NCBI GenBank assembly: GCA_964546355.1
Contig: CAZJJM010000001.1
Span: 1-44,431 of the forward strand
Source of the DNA: an uncultured Candidatus Saccharibacteria bacterium
GTDB lineage: Bacteria > Patescibacteriota > Minisyncoccia > Phycocordibacterales > UBA9973
Length of the DNA: 44,431 bases
Direction of reading: 5' to 3'
The first letter of the stretch is position 1; every line of letters starts with the position of its first letter. A model generated the notes under the pieces. The model made no database searches and had not been told where the DNA came from. It saw nothing but the letters and a program-made list of their open reading frames with translations. Position numbers and translations under genes: made by a program. Shown piece by piece: positions 6,991 to 15,620 of this stretch.

Positions 6991-9641
6991 GTAGAAGCTG
7001 GAGGTTCTGATGGTACCACAACTTCTGGAGCAGGCTTCGGAACGGTCTCTGATATAGGTTCTGGACTTGGTTCAGGGGCTACTTGCTCTGGAATACTCTC
7101 TTCTTCAGGAACAATAGTTTCAGATGTTTCTTCTGGAGATGGATCAGCGACTATTTCTTCCTCTTCAGGAGTATCACCTTCTGGAATTACGGTTTCTGTC
7201 TCTGGTGATGGACTAGGAGCACCACCTCCTGAATGACCTGACTGATTGAGTAATTGCTGGAGTTGTGATTCGGTCACACATGTTGTCCCGACACAGAGTT
7301 TGTCTGTCTGCACTTCTTTGACAAATATAGTACGAATACCATTTGTAGTACTCTCAAAGAATTCACGAAGTCGTTCTGCAAATCCTCCAGTGTCTTCAAA
7401 TGAAAATTTTTCAACACTAGTAAGTTTGAGATTGAGTTCTTGAACAGCTTTTGTGATAACAGAAGTGAGAAGTGCGTAGTTTACAGATTTGTAATCTGGT
7501 CCCTGAGTAACCACTTCAGGGATAACTTTTTCAAGTTCTTGTGCAATGAAACCAATTTGTGGACCTGAACCATATTTAGTATCTATAAAATTATATCCGA
7601 CTGGATGGAGTTGCATAATATGTGAAAGTCCATATGACATATCAGTGATATCTTTCTTGAGTTTTTGATCTGAGACAGTACAGATGATTTCACCATCTGC
7701 GTCTGCGTCAAGAGAACATGATGTTGCTCCTGTTTGAAGTATGGAACCGTTTACTTGGAGAAGTGCTGTTTCAGTGGTTGTTTCGAAGTTGTCATAACCA
7801 ACACCAGTGATACCTGATTTGAGGATGGTGAACATGTCTCCATCAGAAATACCAGCGATATTAAAAAATCTATCTAAAGGATCCCAACTTTGGGTATTTT
7901 CAGGAACATACGAACTATTTCCTTCGCCAATATTTATTTCTAAATAAGAATATGCGGTGCCACCACCAATAGCAATAGAAGCCAATCCTTCTGCACGAGC
8001 ATTTCTTGTTGATAATACCAAAGAACCCTGTCCAACAGCAGCACCTCTTTGTGTGAAATCATCACCATCAGTACTGATGGCAATACTTCCGACGCCGGAA
8101 GCAAGAGGATTTATTCCGATTGCAAATGAACGGTCTCCAGTAGCACCCACAGTCCCAACAGTAGGCCAATCACCTGCATTAAAAATACCAATACTAACAC
8201 CTTCTTCACCTGTTGGTGCTGGAAGTATACTGTAAGTATTAGTAGTAGGGCCTTCTTTGTAAAGACGCAAAGGTGTTGTCGACACTTCCCAACTCAACAC
8301 ACCGCTCCCATCATTGGTAAGTACTTCTCCTGCACCACCTGCTTGTGCAGAAGGAAGAGTATATTCTACGCCAGACCATCTAACATCAGTGATGGTGTCT
8401 GCGAGCATGAATTGGTTATTTGCGGTATTTGCAATAGGTGCTCCTGATATTCCACTACCGATAAGAACGGAATTGGTATACCCACCTGTATTTGTATATC
8501 CTCCAATAAGCACAGAACTTGTTGTCCCTATATTATTGTCGACAGTATCATTATAACCAGCAGCTATACCTATAAATATAGAACTGTCAGCATTTGTTGC
8601 TTGATACCCAGCAGAACTTCCAAGAAAAACAGAAGCCGTTGCATTTGTTGCGTTTTGTCCAGCAAGTACCCCAAAAAAAGCAGATCCTGAAGCTGTGGAA
8701 GCTCCGTTTCCAGCATTATATCCTACAAAAGTTGAATAATATGCATCAAGAGCACTCACCCCAGCATTTGAACCTACAAAAGTTGAATAAGATGCATTAT
8801 CTGCATCAACACCTGAATTAAAACCGAGAAAAGTATTATTTCCTGCAGTTGTGTCTCCTTGCTCACCACCAGCACCTGAACTATACAGTGTATCACCTGA
8901 CGCACCCAGAGAAATCGGTGAAGAAACCTTGCTATTAAACGTAGTCCAATCGGCAGAAGTCAAAAAACCTTTCACGGAACCAGAAGCGGCTTGTCCGTTG
9001 GTGTAATCAATAGAGATAACACCACTCGTAGCATCAAAATCAGCAGCGGTAAATGTTGCAATACCTTTTGTTGAACCGTTGGCAACAGCATCTGCAATAG
9101 ACAATGCGACACCACTTCCTATAACCGCACTTGTGCCACCAGATACACTCAGCCCTGTTGTTGATGACGTAAGATTACCAATAGTCAGAGACGATTGTTT
9201 GTTGTTAAATGTTGTCCAGTCCGCAGAAGACAGTAGTCCTCTCGCAGAACCAGATGCGGTAGGAATATTAAATGTATGTGTGGTCCCTACAGACGAGATA
9301 CCGAAATCACTACCGGATGTACCTGTGGCAAATGTTTGTGTTGCACCAGTGAGACCATTGAGAGATGAAATGCCTCCACCCGAAATAGTTGCCCATGATG
9401 CCGTAGTACCATCAGTAGTCAGATACTTACCACTATTCCCTGTCTGAACTGGAAATAATGTGACGGTACAATTGGATGAACCTGGTGCACATGTTGGATC
9501 GAGTGTTTCTCCAACAGTATACGGAGAGGTAGGAGGAGTTGCAAATGTCAGCGTTGCACCAAAAAGTATCAGTACACTGAGAGAGGTGATCAGTGGATAG
9601 CGATGGTATGTAGCTTTTAATTTTTGCAATAACATGTTCAT
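6984..9641 (-). CDS. Membrane-anchored tail-fibre-like surface protein with peptidase-S74 intramolecular-chaperone domain and acidic Pro/Glu tail
   Basis: Signal anchor LITSLSVLILFGATLTFA. Twice-repeated G(L/F)L(S/T)SADWTTFN(N/S)K. Periodic xxFxGxxAG and SIAIG-type repeats. S74 signature SDQKLKKDI...LHPVGYNF...IGFIAQELEKVIPEVV...AVQELN. Start moved from 9692 to ATG 9641 (MNMLLQ). Confidence 0.75.
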   Translation of the reverse strand: MNMLLQKLKATYHRYPLITSLSVLILFGATLTFATPPTSPYTVGETLDPTCAPGSSNCTVTLFPVQTGNSGKYLTTDGTTASWATISGGGISSLNGLTGATQTFATGTSGSDFGISSVGTTHTFNIPTASGSARGLLSSADWTTFNNKQSSLTIGNLTSSTTGLSVSGGTSAVIGSGVALSIADAVANGSTKGIATFTAADFDATSGVISIDYTNGQAASGSVKGFLTSADWTTFNSKVSSPISLGASGDTLYSSGAGGEQGDTTAGNNTFLGFNSGVDADNASYSTFVGSNAGVSALDAYYSTFVGYNAGNGASTASGSAFFGVLAGQNATNATASVFLGSSAGYQATNADSSIFIGIAAGYNDTVDNNIGTTSSVLIGGYTNTGGYTNSVLIGSGISGAPIANTANNQFMLADTITDVRWSGVEYTLPSAQAGGAGEVLTNDGSGVLSWEVSTTPLRLYKEGPTTNTYSILPAPTGEEGVSIGIFNAGDWPTVGTVGATGDRSFAIGINPLASGVGSIAISTDGDDFTQRGAAVGQGSLVLSTRNARAEGLASIAIGGGTAYSYLEINIGEGNSSYVPENTQSWDPLDRFFNIAGISDGDMFTILKSGITGVGYDNFETTTETALLQVNGSILQTGATSCSLDADADGEIICTVSDQKLKKDITDMSYGLSHIMQLHPVGYNFIDTKYGSGPQIGFIAQELEKVIPEVVTQGPDYKSVNYALLTSVITKAVQELNLKLTSVEKFSFEDTGGFAERLREFFESTTNGIRTIFVKEVQTDKLCVGTTCVTESQLQQLLNQSGHSGGGAPSPSPETETVIPEGDTPEEEEIVADPSPEETSETIVPEEESIPEQVAPEPSPEPISETVPKPAPEVVVPSEPPASTE

Positions 9642-9701
9642 TGTACATATATAGTGTATCAGAAAAAAATAGATACTACGTACACAAAACATGTGGAAAA
9701 G

Positions 9702-9729
9702 AAAAAACGTCTCACAGTGGAGACGTTTT
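9702..9729 (-). terminator. Intrinsic terminator after the 134-aa secreted-protein gene
   Basis: aaaaaacgtctc-acagtg-gagacgtttt. The minus strand has the T tract. Confidence 0.65.
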
Positions 9730-9748
9730 AATATATGCTACTTATTTA

Positions 9749-10153
9749 TTACTCACAACAAGTGATTATTTTATATATTCCATCCTCGCAACATATAAAA
9801 GGTATGTCGTCTTTCCTCATGAAAGTTTGAGATATAAACTCAAGACAATTATTTTGATATACCTTAAACATGAATACAACATATTTTTTGCTTATTTGCA
9901 GAGGGAACGTGATCACAAACTGATCACTGTCGTTGCCATAAGATAAGCACATAATATTAATAGATGTGTCAGTATATTGTTTCAATGAATCAATAATATT
10001 TTGATTATCAATACACACTGATCCAACATTAATGAATGGAAAACCATTAATATTAAAAAGGTATTTTTTTTCAGTATCCAAATTGTCGGCATACGAAAAA
10101 TTAAAAAATAGCGCACTTGCGCATAGGGCAATAAAAACTTTTTTGATTTTCAT
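9749..10153 (-). CDS. Hypothetical small secreted Cys-rich protein
   Basis: Start set at ATG 10153 (MKIKKVFIALCASALFFNFSYA, signal-peptide-like). C-terminal CCEDGIYKIITCCE. Very AT-rich. No recognisable family. Confidence 0.5.
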   Translation of the reverse strand: MKIKKVFIALCASALFFNFSYADNLDTEKKYLFNINGFPFINVGSVCIDNQNIIDSLKQYTDTSINIMCLSYGNDSDQFVITFPLQISKKYVVFMFKVYQNNCLEFISQTFMRKDDIPFICCEDGIYKIITCCE

Positions 10154-10221
10154 AAAGAGCAAATAAATTTAGGTTAAAACTAGAATCTTTTTCTATTATA
10201 ACACACTATTACCAGAAATGC

Positions 10222-10249
10222 AAAAACCACCTCATGTGAGGTGGTTTTT
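10222..10249 (-). terminator. fusA intrinsic terminator
   Basis: aaaaaccacctca-tg-tgaggtggttttt: 10-bp stem flanked by A5/T5. Confidence 0.7.
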
Positions 10250-10260
10250 GTGGTTTTGTA

Positions 10261-12411
10261 TTATTTTCGTGCTGCAATGATGGTATCTGCCACATTTTGT
10301 GGGACAACATCGTATCGCAAGAATTCCATGGTGAATCCTGCACGTCCTTCGGTCATAGAACGGAGGTTGGTCATGTATCCGAACATTTCAGATAGTGGGA
10401 CAACTGCTTTCACGACTTTGTTCATACCGCGATCTTCCATACCTTCGATAAGTCCGCGCTTTGCAGAAAGTGATCCAGTGATGTCTCCCATGAACTTGTC
10501 TGGAGTAACTACTTCTACTTTCATCATCGGTTCGAGGATCACTGGACGAGCGATTTTACATGCGTCTTGGATTGCCATACTTGAGGCGATTTTGAAGGCC
10601 ATTTCGTTTGAGTCAACATCGTGGTATGAACCATCCCAAAGGTTGACTGAAACATCCACCATCTTAAAACCTGCAAGGACACCGCGATCGAGTCCTTCTT
10701 TGAATCCTTTTTCACACGGAGTGATGAATTCTTGTGGGATAGCACCGCCTTTGATGGTATTGATGAATTCAAAGTGATCTTCACGCTTGATATTCTTCGG
10801 CAGGTCAGCGATTTGTTCTTTTGTAAGAGACATATCCATTGGTGCAATCTTGATCTTCACGTGACCATAGTTACCCTTACCTCCAGATTGCTTGATGTAC
10901 TTACCTTCCATATCTGCACTACCCATGATTGTCTCACGGTATGCAACTTGTGGCTTGCCAACGTTTGCTTCCACATTGAACTCACGCTTCATACGATCAA
11001 CAATAATTTCAAGGTGAAGTTCTCCCATACCTGCAATAATTGTTTCCATTGTTTCTTGATCAGTCGATACGCGGAATGTTGGGTCTTCTTGAGCAAGACG
11101 AGAGAGTGCCATACCCATTTTTTCTTGGTCAGCTTTTGTCTTCGGTTCGATACGAAGTGAGATCACTGGTTCTGGGAACACGATACGATCGAGTTCTACT
11201 GGATTCTTTTCATCACAGAGTGTGTCTGAAGTGATAGTGTCCTTAAGTCCAACTGCTGCTGCGATTTCTCCCGCAAACACCTTCTTCACTTCTTCGCGTT
11301 CGTTCGCATGCATACGGAGAATACGTCCGATACGTTCTTTGTTGCGAGTACGAGGATTGTACACATATGAACCAGATTCAAGTGTTCCTGAATATACACG
11401 GAAGAAAATGATCTGTCCGACGAATGGGTCAGTTGCAACCTTGAACGCAAGAGCAGAAAATGGCTCTTTGTCATCAGCGTGACGTTCTATATGTTCATCA
11501 TTATCAGGGTTAATACCTTGAATCGCAGGAATATCCATTGGAGATGGGAGATAATCTACCACCGCATCAAGTACGAGTTGTACACCTTTGTTCTTGAGTG
11601 CACTTCCAGCAAACACAGGGAAAATTTCATTTTTAATCACACCTTTACGGAGCAATTTCTTGAGTGTATCAAAATCTGGAACAACACCTTCAAGGTATTT
11701 GTTCATAACATCTTCATCTTGTTCAACAATACGCTCAATGAGTTCTCCGTGATATTTTTCTGCATCTGCCATCATGTCAGCAGGAATGTCTTTTTCAATA
11801 ACCTTATTACCCATGTCCCCTTCGAAGTAGTATGCCTTCATACGGAGCAAGTCCACCACACCTTCATGTTTTTCTTCGAGACCAATTGGGAGCTGTGCAC
11901 GCACTGCTTTCTTTGAGAGACGATCGAGAATAGTTTTGTATGAGTGCTCAAATGATGCACCTGTACGATCGAGTTTGTTCACGAAACAAATACGAGGAAC
12001 CATCGCTTCGTCAGCATAACGCCAGTTAGTTTCTGATTGTGGCTCTACACCAGCAACACCGTCGAATACTACTACCGCACCGTCGAGCACGCGAAGTGAA
12101 CGCTTCACTTCTACGGTAAAGTCGATGTGTCCAGGAGTGTCAATAATGTTAAATCGAACTTTCTTGTTCTTGTCTCCTGGTGCATATGTCGGTGTCCAGA
12201 AACAAGTAACCGCTGCAGAAGTAATAGTAATACCGCGTTCACGTTCTTGTTCCATCCAGTCTGTTGTCGTCTCACCGTTGTGCACTTCACCAATCTTGTG
12301 TGATACACCAGTGTAAAAGAGCACACGCTCTGATGTGGTTGTTTTGCCGGCATCAATGTGCGCAATAATTCCAAAATTTCTAACTTTTTCTAGTGGATAA
12401 TCTCGTTCCAT
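10261..12411 (-). CDS. fusA: Elongation factor G
   Basis: 716-aa ORF with [22 protein letters not shown] and NKLDR motifs. Full-length EF-G architecture. Confidence 0.97.
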   Translation of the reverse strand: MERDYPLEKVRNFGIIAHIDAGKTTTSERVLFYTGVSHKIGEVHNGETTTDWMEQERERGITITSAAVTCFWTPTYAPGDKNKKVRFNIIDTPGHIDFTVEVKRSLRVLDGAVVVFDGVAGVEPQSETNWRYADEAMVPRICFVNKLDRTGASFEHSYKTILDRLSKKAVRAQLPIGLEEKHEGVVDLLRMKAYYFEGDMGNKVIEKDIPADMMADAEKYHGELIERIVEQDEDVMNKYLEGVVPDFDTLKKLLRKGVIKNEIFPVFAGSALKNKGVQLVLDAVVDYLPSPMDIPAIQGINPDNDEHIERHADDKEPFSALAFKVATDPFVGQIIFFRVYSGTLESGSYVYNPRTRNKERIGRILRMHANEREEVKKVFAGEIAAAVGLKDTITSDTLCDEKNPVELDRIVFPEPVISLRIEPKTKADQEKMGMALSRLAQEDPTFRVSTDQETMETIIAGMGELHLEIIVDRMKREFNVEANVGKPQVAYRETIMGSADMEGKYIKQSGGKGNYGHVKIKIAPMDMSLTKEQIADLPKNIKREDHFEFINTIKGGAIPQEFITPCEKGFKEGLDRGVLAGFKMVDVSVNLWDGSYHDVDSNEMAFKIASSMAIQDACKIARPVILEPMMKVEVVTPDKFMGDITGSLSAKRGLIEGMEDRGMNKVVKAVVPLSEMFGYMTNLRSMTEGRAGFTMEFLRYDVVPQNVADTIIAARK

Positions 12412-12474
12412 AAATAATATACTGTGGGTTTATAAGGTAATAAATTAAAAAAGACTCGAGGTCTTAATACTTGA

Positions 12475-12503
12475 ACTATACGACATATGGGGTATTTTTG
12501 CAA
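12475..12503 (-). promoter_or_regulatory. Candidate fusA promoter whose -35 lies inside repeat copy A
   Basis: Minus strand reads TTGCAA (12503-12498), a 17-nt spacer, then TATAGT (12480-12475). About 60 nt upstream of the fusA ATG. Confidence 0.5.
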
Positions 12504-12534
12504 ATGAAAAGCCCCGCAAGTGCAGGGCTTTAAA
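12492..12534 (-). repeat. 43-bp terminator/-35 module, copy A
   Basis: 39/43 identical to 14065-14107. On the minus strand it reads gccctgc-actt-gcggggc (one G-U pair) followed by ttttcatttgcaaaaatac. Confidence 0.85.
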
Positions 12535-12546
12535 TACTATACTTCA

Positions 12547-13497
12547 TTACAATGTAACACTAACAGTATTTTTTATTTCACAAGAAATGATCATTTTACC
12601 ATTTTCAACAGAAACACTTGAGAAAAATGATGTAGTCAAAGAGGTTTCAAATTTTTCTGTTACTCGTTCCCATGTTTGTATAGAAAAAACTTCCCATTCA
12701 AATTTCAAAGTATCTTTACCAGATTTTGGCAAGAAACCACATGCAATATACTCTGCCGCACAACCAACACCCTGAGGTTTCCAGTATTTCTCATCAAGCC
12801 TGTTGTCGTGATCACGGTTCAAATCTTTATACTGCCTAGTTTCAAAATCAAATATATGAAACTTAGGAGCAGAATCATAGCCAAATTTCAATACAGCATA
12901 TGCATCGAAAATAAAAAGAAATACATTTATCTGTTTTTCTTTTTTATCCTCTAAAGGATATGGAATTGCAACGAATTCATTTTTTTCAATCAAGTACACG
13001 GCTGTACGCTTTTCATTATGCAATGATAAAAAAAGTGCTTTTTCTTTTCTGAATACTGTTACATCAGGGCATACATCAAAAAGACCAAGTTTTGTACCAT
13101 CCTCAAAATGGGGAATGAATCTGTCCTCATTAAATAAATATATTGCATATTCATTCCTTCTTCCTTGTTCCACAAATAATTGCAAAAAAGATTCCGTACT
13201 AGAAATAATTTTTTCGTCATAAAATTCAAAGTTTTCTGAATTATTTCCTTGATAAGAAAGCCATCTTTTCTTATCACGTAGATAGACTTCAAAAAAGCCA
13301 GAATGTTTTTCACATTTTACATATTTGTCTTCGATTGAAATTGAAACGAATCCGCTTACTCCTCCCCAATGATCTTGGATCATACCAGGATCATTTTTTT
13401 CTTCAAAATACAAGAAATCGTTTGCATCTTTGTATAATTGAATACACTTGATAACCTCTACCGGTTCTACTTTCAAAGAAATTTCTTTTGTTTCCAT
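12547..13497 (-). CDS. Hypothetical cytoplasmic protein (316 aa)
   Basis: Long ATG-initiated ORF with no signal peptide or TM helix. No motif I recognise. AT-rich relative to the flanking fusA. Confidence 0.6.
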   Translation of the reverse strand: METKEISLKVEPVEVIKCIQLYKDANDFLYFEEKNDPGMIQDHWGGVSGFVSISIEDKYVKCEKHSGFFEVYLRDKKRWLSYQGNNSENFEFYDEKIISSTESFLQLFVEQGRRNEYAIYLFNEDRFIPHFEDGTKLGLFDVCPDVTVFRKEKALFLSLHNEKRTAVYLIEKNEFVAIPYPLEDKKEKQINVFLFIFDAYAVLKFGYDSAPKFHIFDFETRQYKDLNRDHDNRLDEKYWKPQGVGCAAEYIACGFLPKSGKDTLKFEWEVFSIQTWERVTEKFETSLTTSFFSSVSVENGKMIISCEIKNTVSVTL

Positions 13498-13574
13498 TGT
13501 CTTTTGTTTTTAAGTTTGTTTTCTATCCCCATCCTACGCTTTTCTGTAGTTTTGTCAAAAAACTTTTTTCAAAT

Positions 13575-13603
13575 AAAAAAACTGACGGAAATACCGTCAG
13601 TTT
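13575..13603 (-). terminator. Hairpin/T-tract between the 129-aa and 316-aa ORFs
   Basis: Minus strand reads aaactgacgg-tattt-ccgtcagttt followed by T7. Confidence 0.6.
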
Positions 13604-13610
13604 ATAAAAA

Positions 13611-14000
13611 TTATTTAAGACTTTCTTGTTTTTGATATTGAAGAAATACACCATACAAACCCCAAGCATTACCAATTTCAACCATTTCTACATTCATTTC
13701 TTTTTTGCTATTTTTTTCATAACTTTCCAAACTAAAAGATTCTTGAAATGTATTTTTCCAATAATTTAGAAAACTGCGGAAAGTTACAGTTTTTTCTTTT
13801 TGAACTCTATATGGATAGTCATTGTTTGGAATAATCACAGAAATAATGATTTTATATTTTTGTGAAAAATCAATTTTTTTATTGTGTTTTAATAAATGAG
13901 AAAAAAGATCTATAAGATTATCTTTAAATAACATATATCCATCCCTATCATAAAGAGTTCCATACGAACAGAGATTTTTTACTCTTTTTGCATATGCCAT
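13611..14000 (-). CDS. Hypothetical protein (129 aa)
   Basis: ATG-initiated ORF, AT-rich, with no recognisable motif. Confidence 0.5.
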   Translation of the reverse strand: MAYAKRVKNLCSYGTLYDRDGYMLFKDNLIDLFSHLLKHNKKIDFSQKYKIIISVIIPNNDYPYRVQKEKTVTFRSFLNYWKNTFQESFSLESYEKNSKKEMNVEMVEIGNAWGLYGVFLQYQKQESLK

Positions 14001-14064
14001 GTGTTTGAGATTTTAAATTATTATTTACAGTTTTATATTCTAAAATCAAAATACCCTAAATGAA

Positions 14065-14107
14065 GTATTTTTGCAAATGAAAAGCCCTGCGGTTGCAGGG
14101 CTTTAAA
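14065..14107 (-). repeat. 43-bp terminator/-35 module, copy B
   Basis: Perfect 7-bp hairpin gccctgc-ggtt-gcagggc plus the same 19-nt tail as copy A. TTGCAA lies 17 nt upstream of TATTTT, ahead of the 129-aa ORF. Confidence 0.85.
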
Positions 14108-14109
14108 AA

Positions 14110-14355
14110 CTAAACAACAATGTTTATTTCTGTTGGTGGTGGTGGAAGGTCTGTATTATCTTCTTGTTGTTTCTTTTCTTCTTCAGAAATTTCACGAACT
14201 GGTGTATCTATGTCTAGATTAATTTCTTGTGGTGGTTTAGAAAGATAATCTCCCCCATAATAAAAAGTTCCATCATAAGATTCGTATTTTTTACCTTCAC
14301 TGTTAACAGAAAGTTCTGGTTTCTTTTCTGTGTTATTTTGTGGGAATGATTCCAT
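14110..14355 (-). CDS. Hypothetical small protein (81 aa, acidic, PPPP near the C-terminus)
   Basis: ATG-initiated ORF followed 2 nt later by repeat copy B. No recognisable motif. Confidence 0.4.
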   Translation of the reverse strand: MESFPQNNTEKKPELSVNSEGKKYESYDGTFYYGGDYLSKPPQEINLDIDTPVREISEEEKKQQEDNTDLPPPPTEINIVV

Positions 14356-14403
14356 ATAGTGTCTATTGTATTAAATTATAATCTTCCTTATGATACCACA
14401 AAT

Positions 14404-14429
14404 AAAAAATCCCCTAAAGGGGATTTTTT
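14404..14429 (-). terminator. Second hairpin/T-tract downstream of rpsG (after the duplicated rpsG end)
   Basis: aaaaaatcccct-aa-aggggatttttt. Confidence 0.6.
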
Positions 14430-14435
14430 GAGGTA

Positions 14436-14452
14436 TATTACCAAGCAAAATG
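14436..14452. repeat. 17-bp direct repeat (distal copy of the rpsG 3' end)
   Basis: tattaccaagcaaaatg is identical to 14603-14619. Confidence 0.9.
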
Positions 14453-14572
14453 CGGGACTCCGACCCTACAGTTTTATTTCATAAAACTAAGGCCTGTACG
14501 CAACCGATTTCTTATACGGTAATTCCGTATGTAGAAATAGCAGTCCTCTTGAGGGCTCCATTTTGCACTGGT

Positions 14573-14603
14573 AAAAAGAAAACCCCTGACGGGGTTGTTC
14601 TTT
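14573..14603 (-). terminator. rpsG-proximal intrinsic terminator
   Basis: Minus strand reads aaagaacaacccc-gtca-ggggttttcttttt immediately after the rpsG stop. Confidence 0.65.
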
Positions 14604-14619
14604 ATTACCAAGCAAAATG
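14603..14619. repeat. 17-bp direct repeat (native rpsG 3' end: HFAW-stop)
   Basis: tattaccaagcaaaatg covers the last four codons and the stop codon of rpsG. Confidence 0.9.
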
Positions 14620-15075
14620 GGCAAATGCTTTGTTTGAATCTGCCATTTTGTGTGTATCTTCGCGTTTCTTGATCGCGATTCCTTCATTTTTTGAAGCAAG
14701 GATCAATTCTTCTGCGAGTTTGATATGCATTGGTTGACCTTTCTTACCACGAGCTGCGTCGATGATCCATCGAGCTGCGAGCATGTGTCGTCGTTCTGGG
14801 CGAACTTCACGAGGCACTTGGTAGTTTGCACCACCGATACGACGTGAACGCACTTCCATGAGCGGGCCTGCATTTTTCATTGCAAGATCGAATACTTCGA
14901 GTGGATTTGGGTTGCTAGTCTTCTCTTTGATGATATCAAAAGCACCGTAGACGATACCTCGAGCTGTTTCCTTTTTACCATCCCACATGATCTGATTGAT
15001 AAACTTCGCAAGTTTTTGTGAGTTATACAGAGAATCTGGTGTTGGAATATTACGCTTTTTTACTTTTCTTCGCAT
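14605..15075 (-). CDS. rpsG: 30S ribosomal protein S7
   Basis: 156-aa ORF with [15 protein letters not shown] and [14 protein letters not shown] motifs. Confidence 0.96.
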   Translation of the reverse strand: MRRKVKKRNIPTPDSLYNSQKLAKFINQIMWDGKKETARGIVYGAFDIIKEKTSNPNPLEVFDLAMKNAGPLMEVRSRRIGGANYQVPREVRPERRHMLAARWIIDAARGKKGQPMHIKLAEELILASKNEGIAIKKREDTHKMADSNKAFAHFAW

Positions 15076-15191
15076 TGATTGTTTTAGATCATAGATATGC
15101 AGCTATACATACTACGATATGATTATAATTGAATGATGTTTCCCGTAATGATCACAACTCGAGTTTTCAAAACGGGATACTGATTGTTAGA

Positions 15192-15620
15192 TTACTTCTT
15201 CTTTGCGTCTGCTTTTGGACGTTTGTTACCGTAGAGACTACGTGATTGACGACGCTTTTCGACACCTGATGCATCGAGCACACCTCGAACGATGTGATAT
15301 CGTACTCCGATCAAGTCCTTCACACGACCACCGCGAAGCATAACCACTGAGTGTTCTTGAAGGTTGTGTCCTTCGCCTGGAATATATGCAGTAACTTCTT
15401 GTCCATTAGTAAGACGAACACGAGCAATTTTACGAAGCGCTGAGTTAGGCTTCTTTGGGGTTGTAGTAGACACCTTAGTACACACACCTCGCTTGAATGG
15501 AGACGGGTAAAATGTAGGCTTATTTTTAAGCGTATTAAAACCACGAGCAAGAGTAATTGCTTTTGATTTATAGGTAACCTTTTGACGATTTTTTCTTATA
15601 AGTTGATTAACTGTAGGCAT
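15192..15620 (-). CDS. rpsL: 30S ribosomal protein S12
   Basis: Track ORF trimmed to ATG 15620 ([14 protein letters not shown]). Contains [11 protein letters not shown] and [18 protein letters not shown]. Confidence 0.96.
   Translation of the reverse strand: MPTVNQLIRKNRQKVTYKSKAITLARGFNTLKNKPTFYPSPFKRGVCTKVSTTTPKKPNSALRKIARVRLTNGQEVTAYIPGEGHNLQEHSVVMLRGGRVKDLIGVRYHIVRGVLDASGVEKRRQSRSLYGNKRPKADAKKK

Noticed and set aside
6984-9692. Interpreting the fibre-like genes (6984-9692, 28976-31948) as a prophage or phage remnant.
   Set aside because: No capsid, portal, terminase, tail tube or sheath, baseplate, lysis or integrase genes occur anywhere in the window. The genes carry signal anchors and sit between core housekeeping genes.
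10208-10222. tattaccagaaatgc downstream of fusA resembles the 17-bp rpsG-end repeat (tattaccaagcaaaatgc).
   Set aside because: Only the first 8 nt and last 6 nt match, and a 3-nt indel is needed. In AT-rich DNA this is compatible with chance.
14450-14737. ORFs 14450..14737 (+) and 14487..14699 (-) in the rpsG-downstream element.
   Set aside because: They span terminator hairpins and the rpsG 3' end. There is no start context and the translations are implausible. The region is better described by the 17-bp duplication and hairpins.
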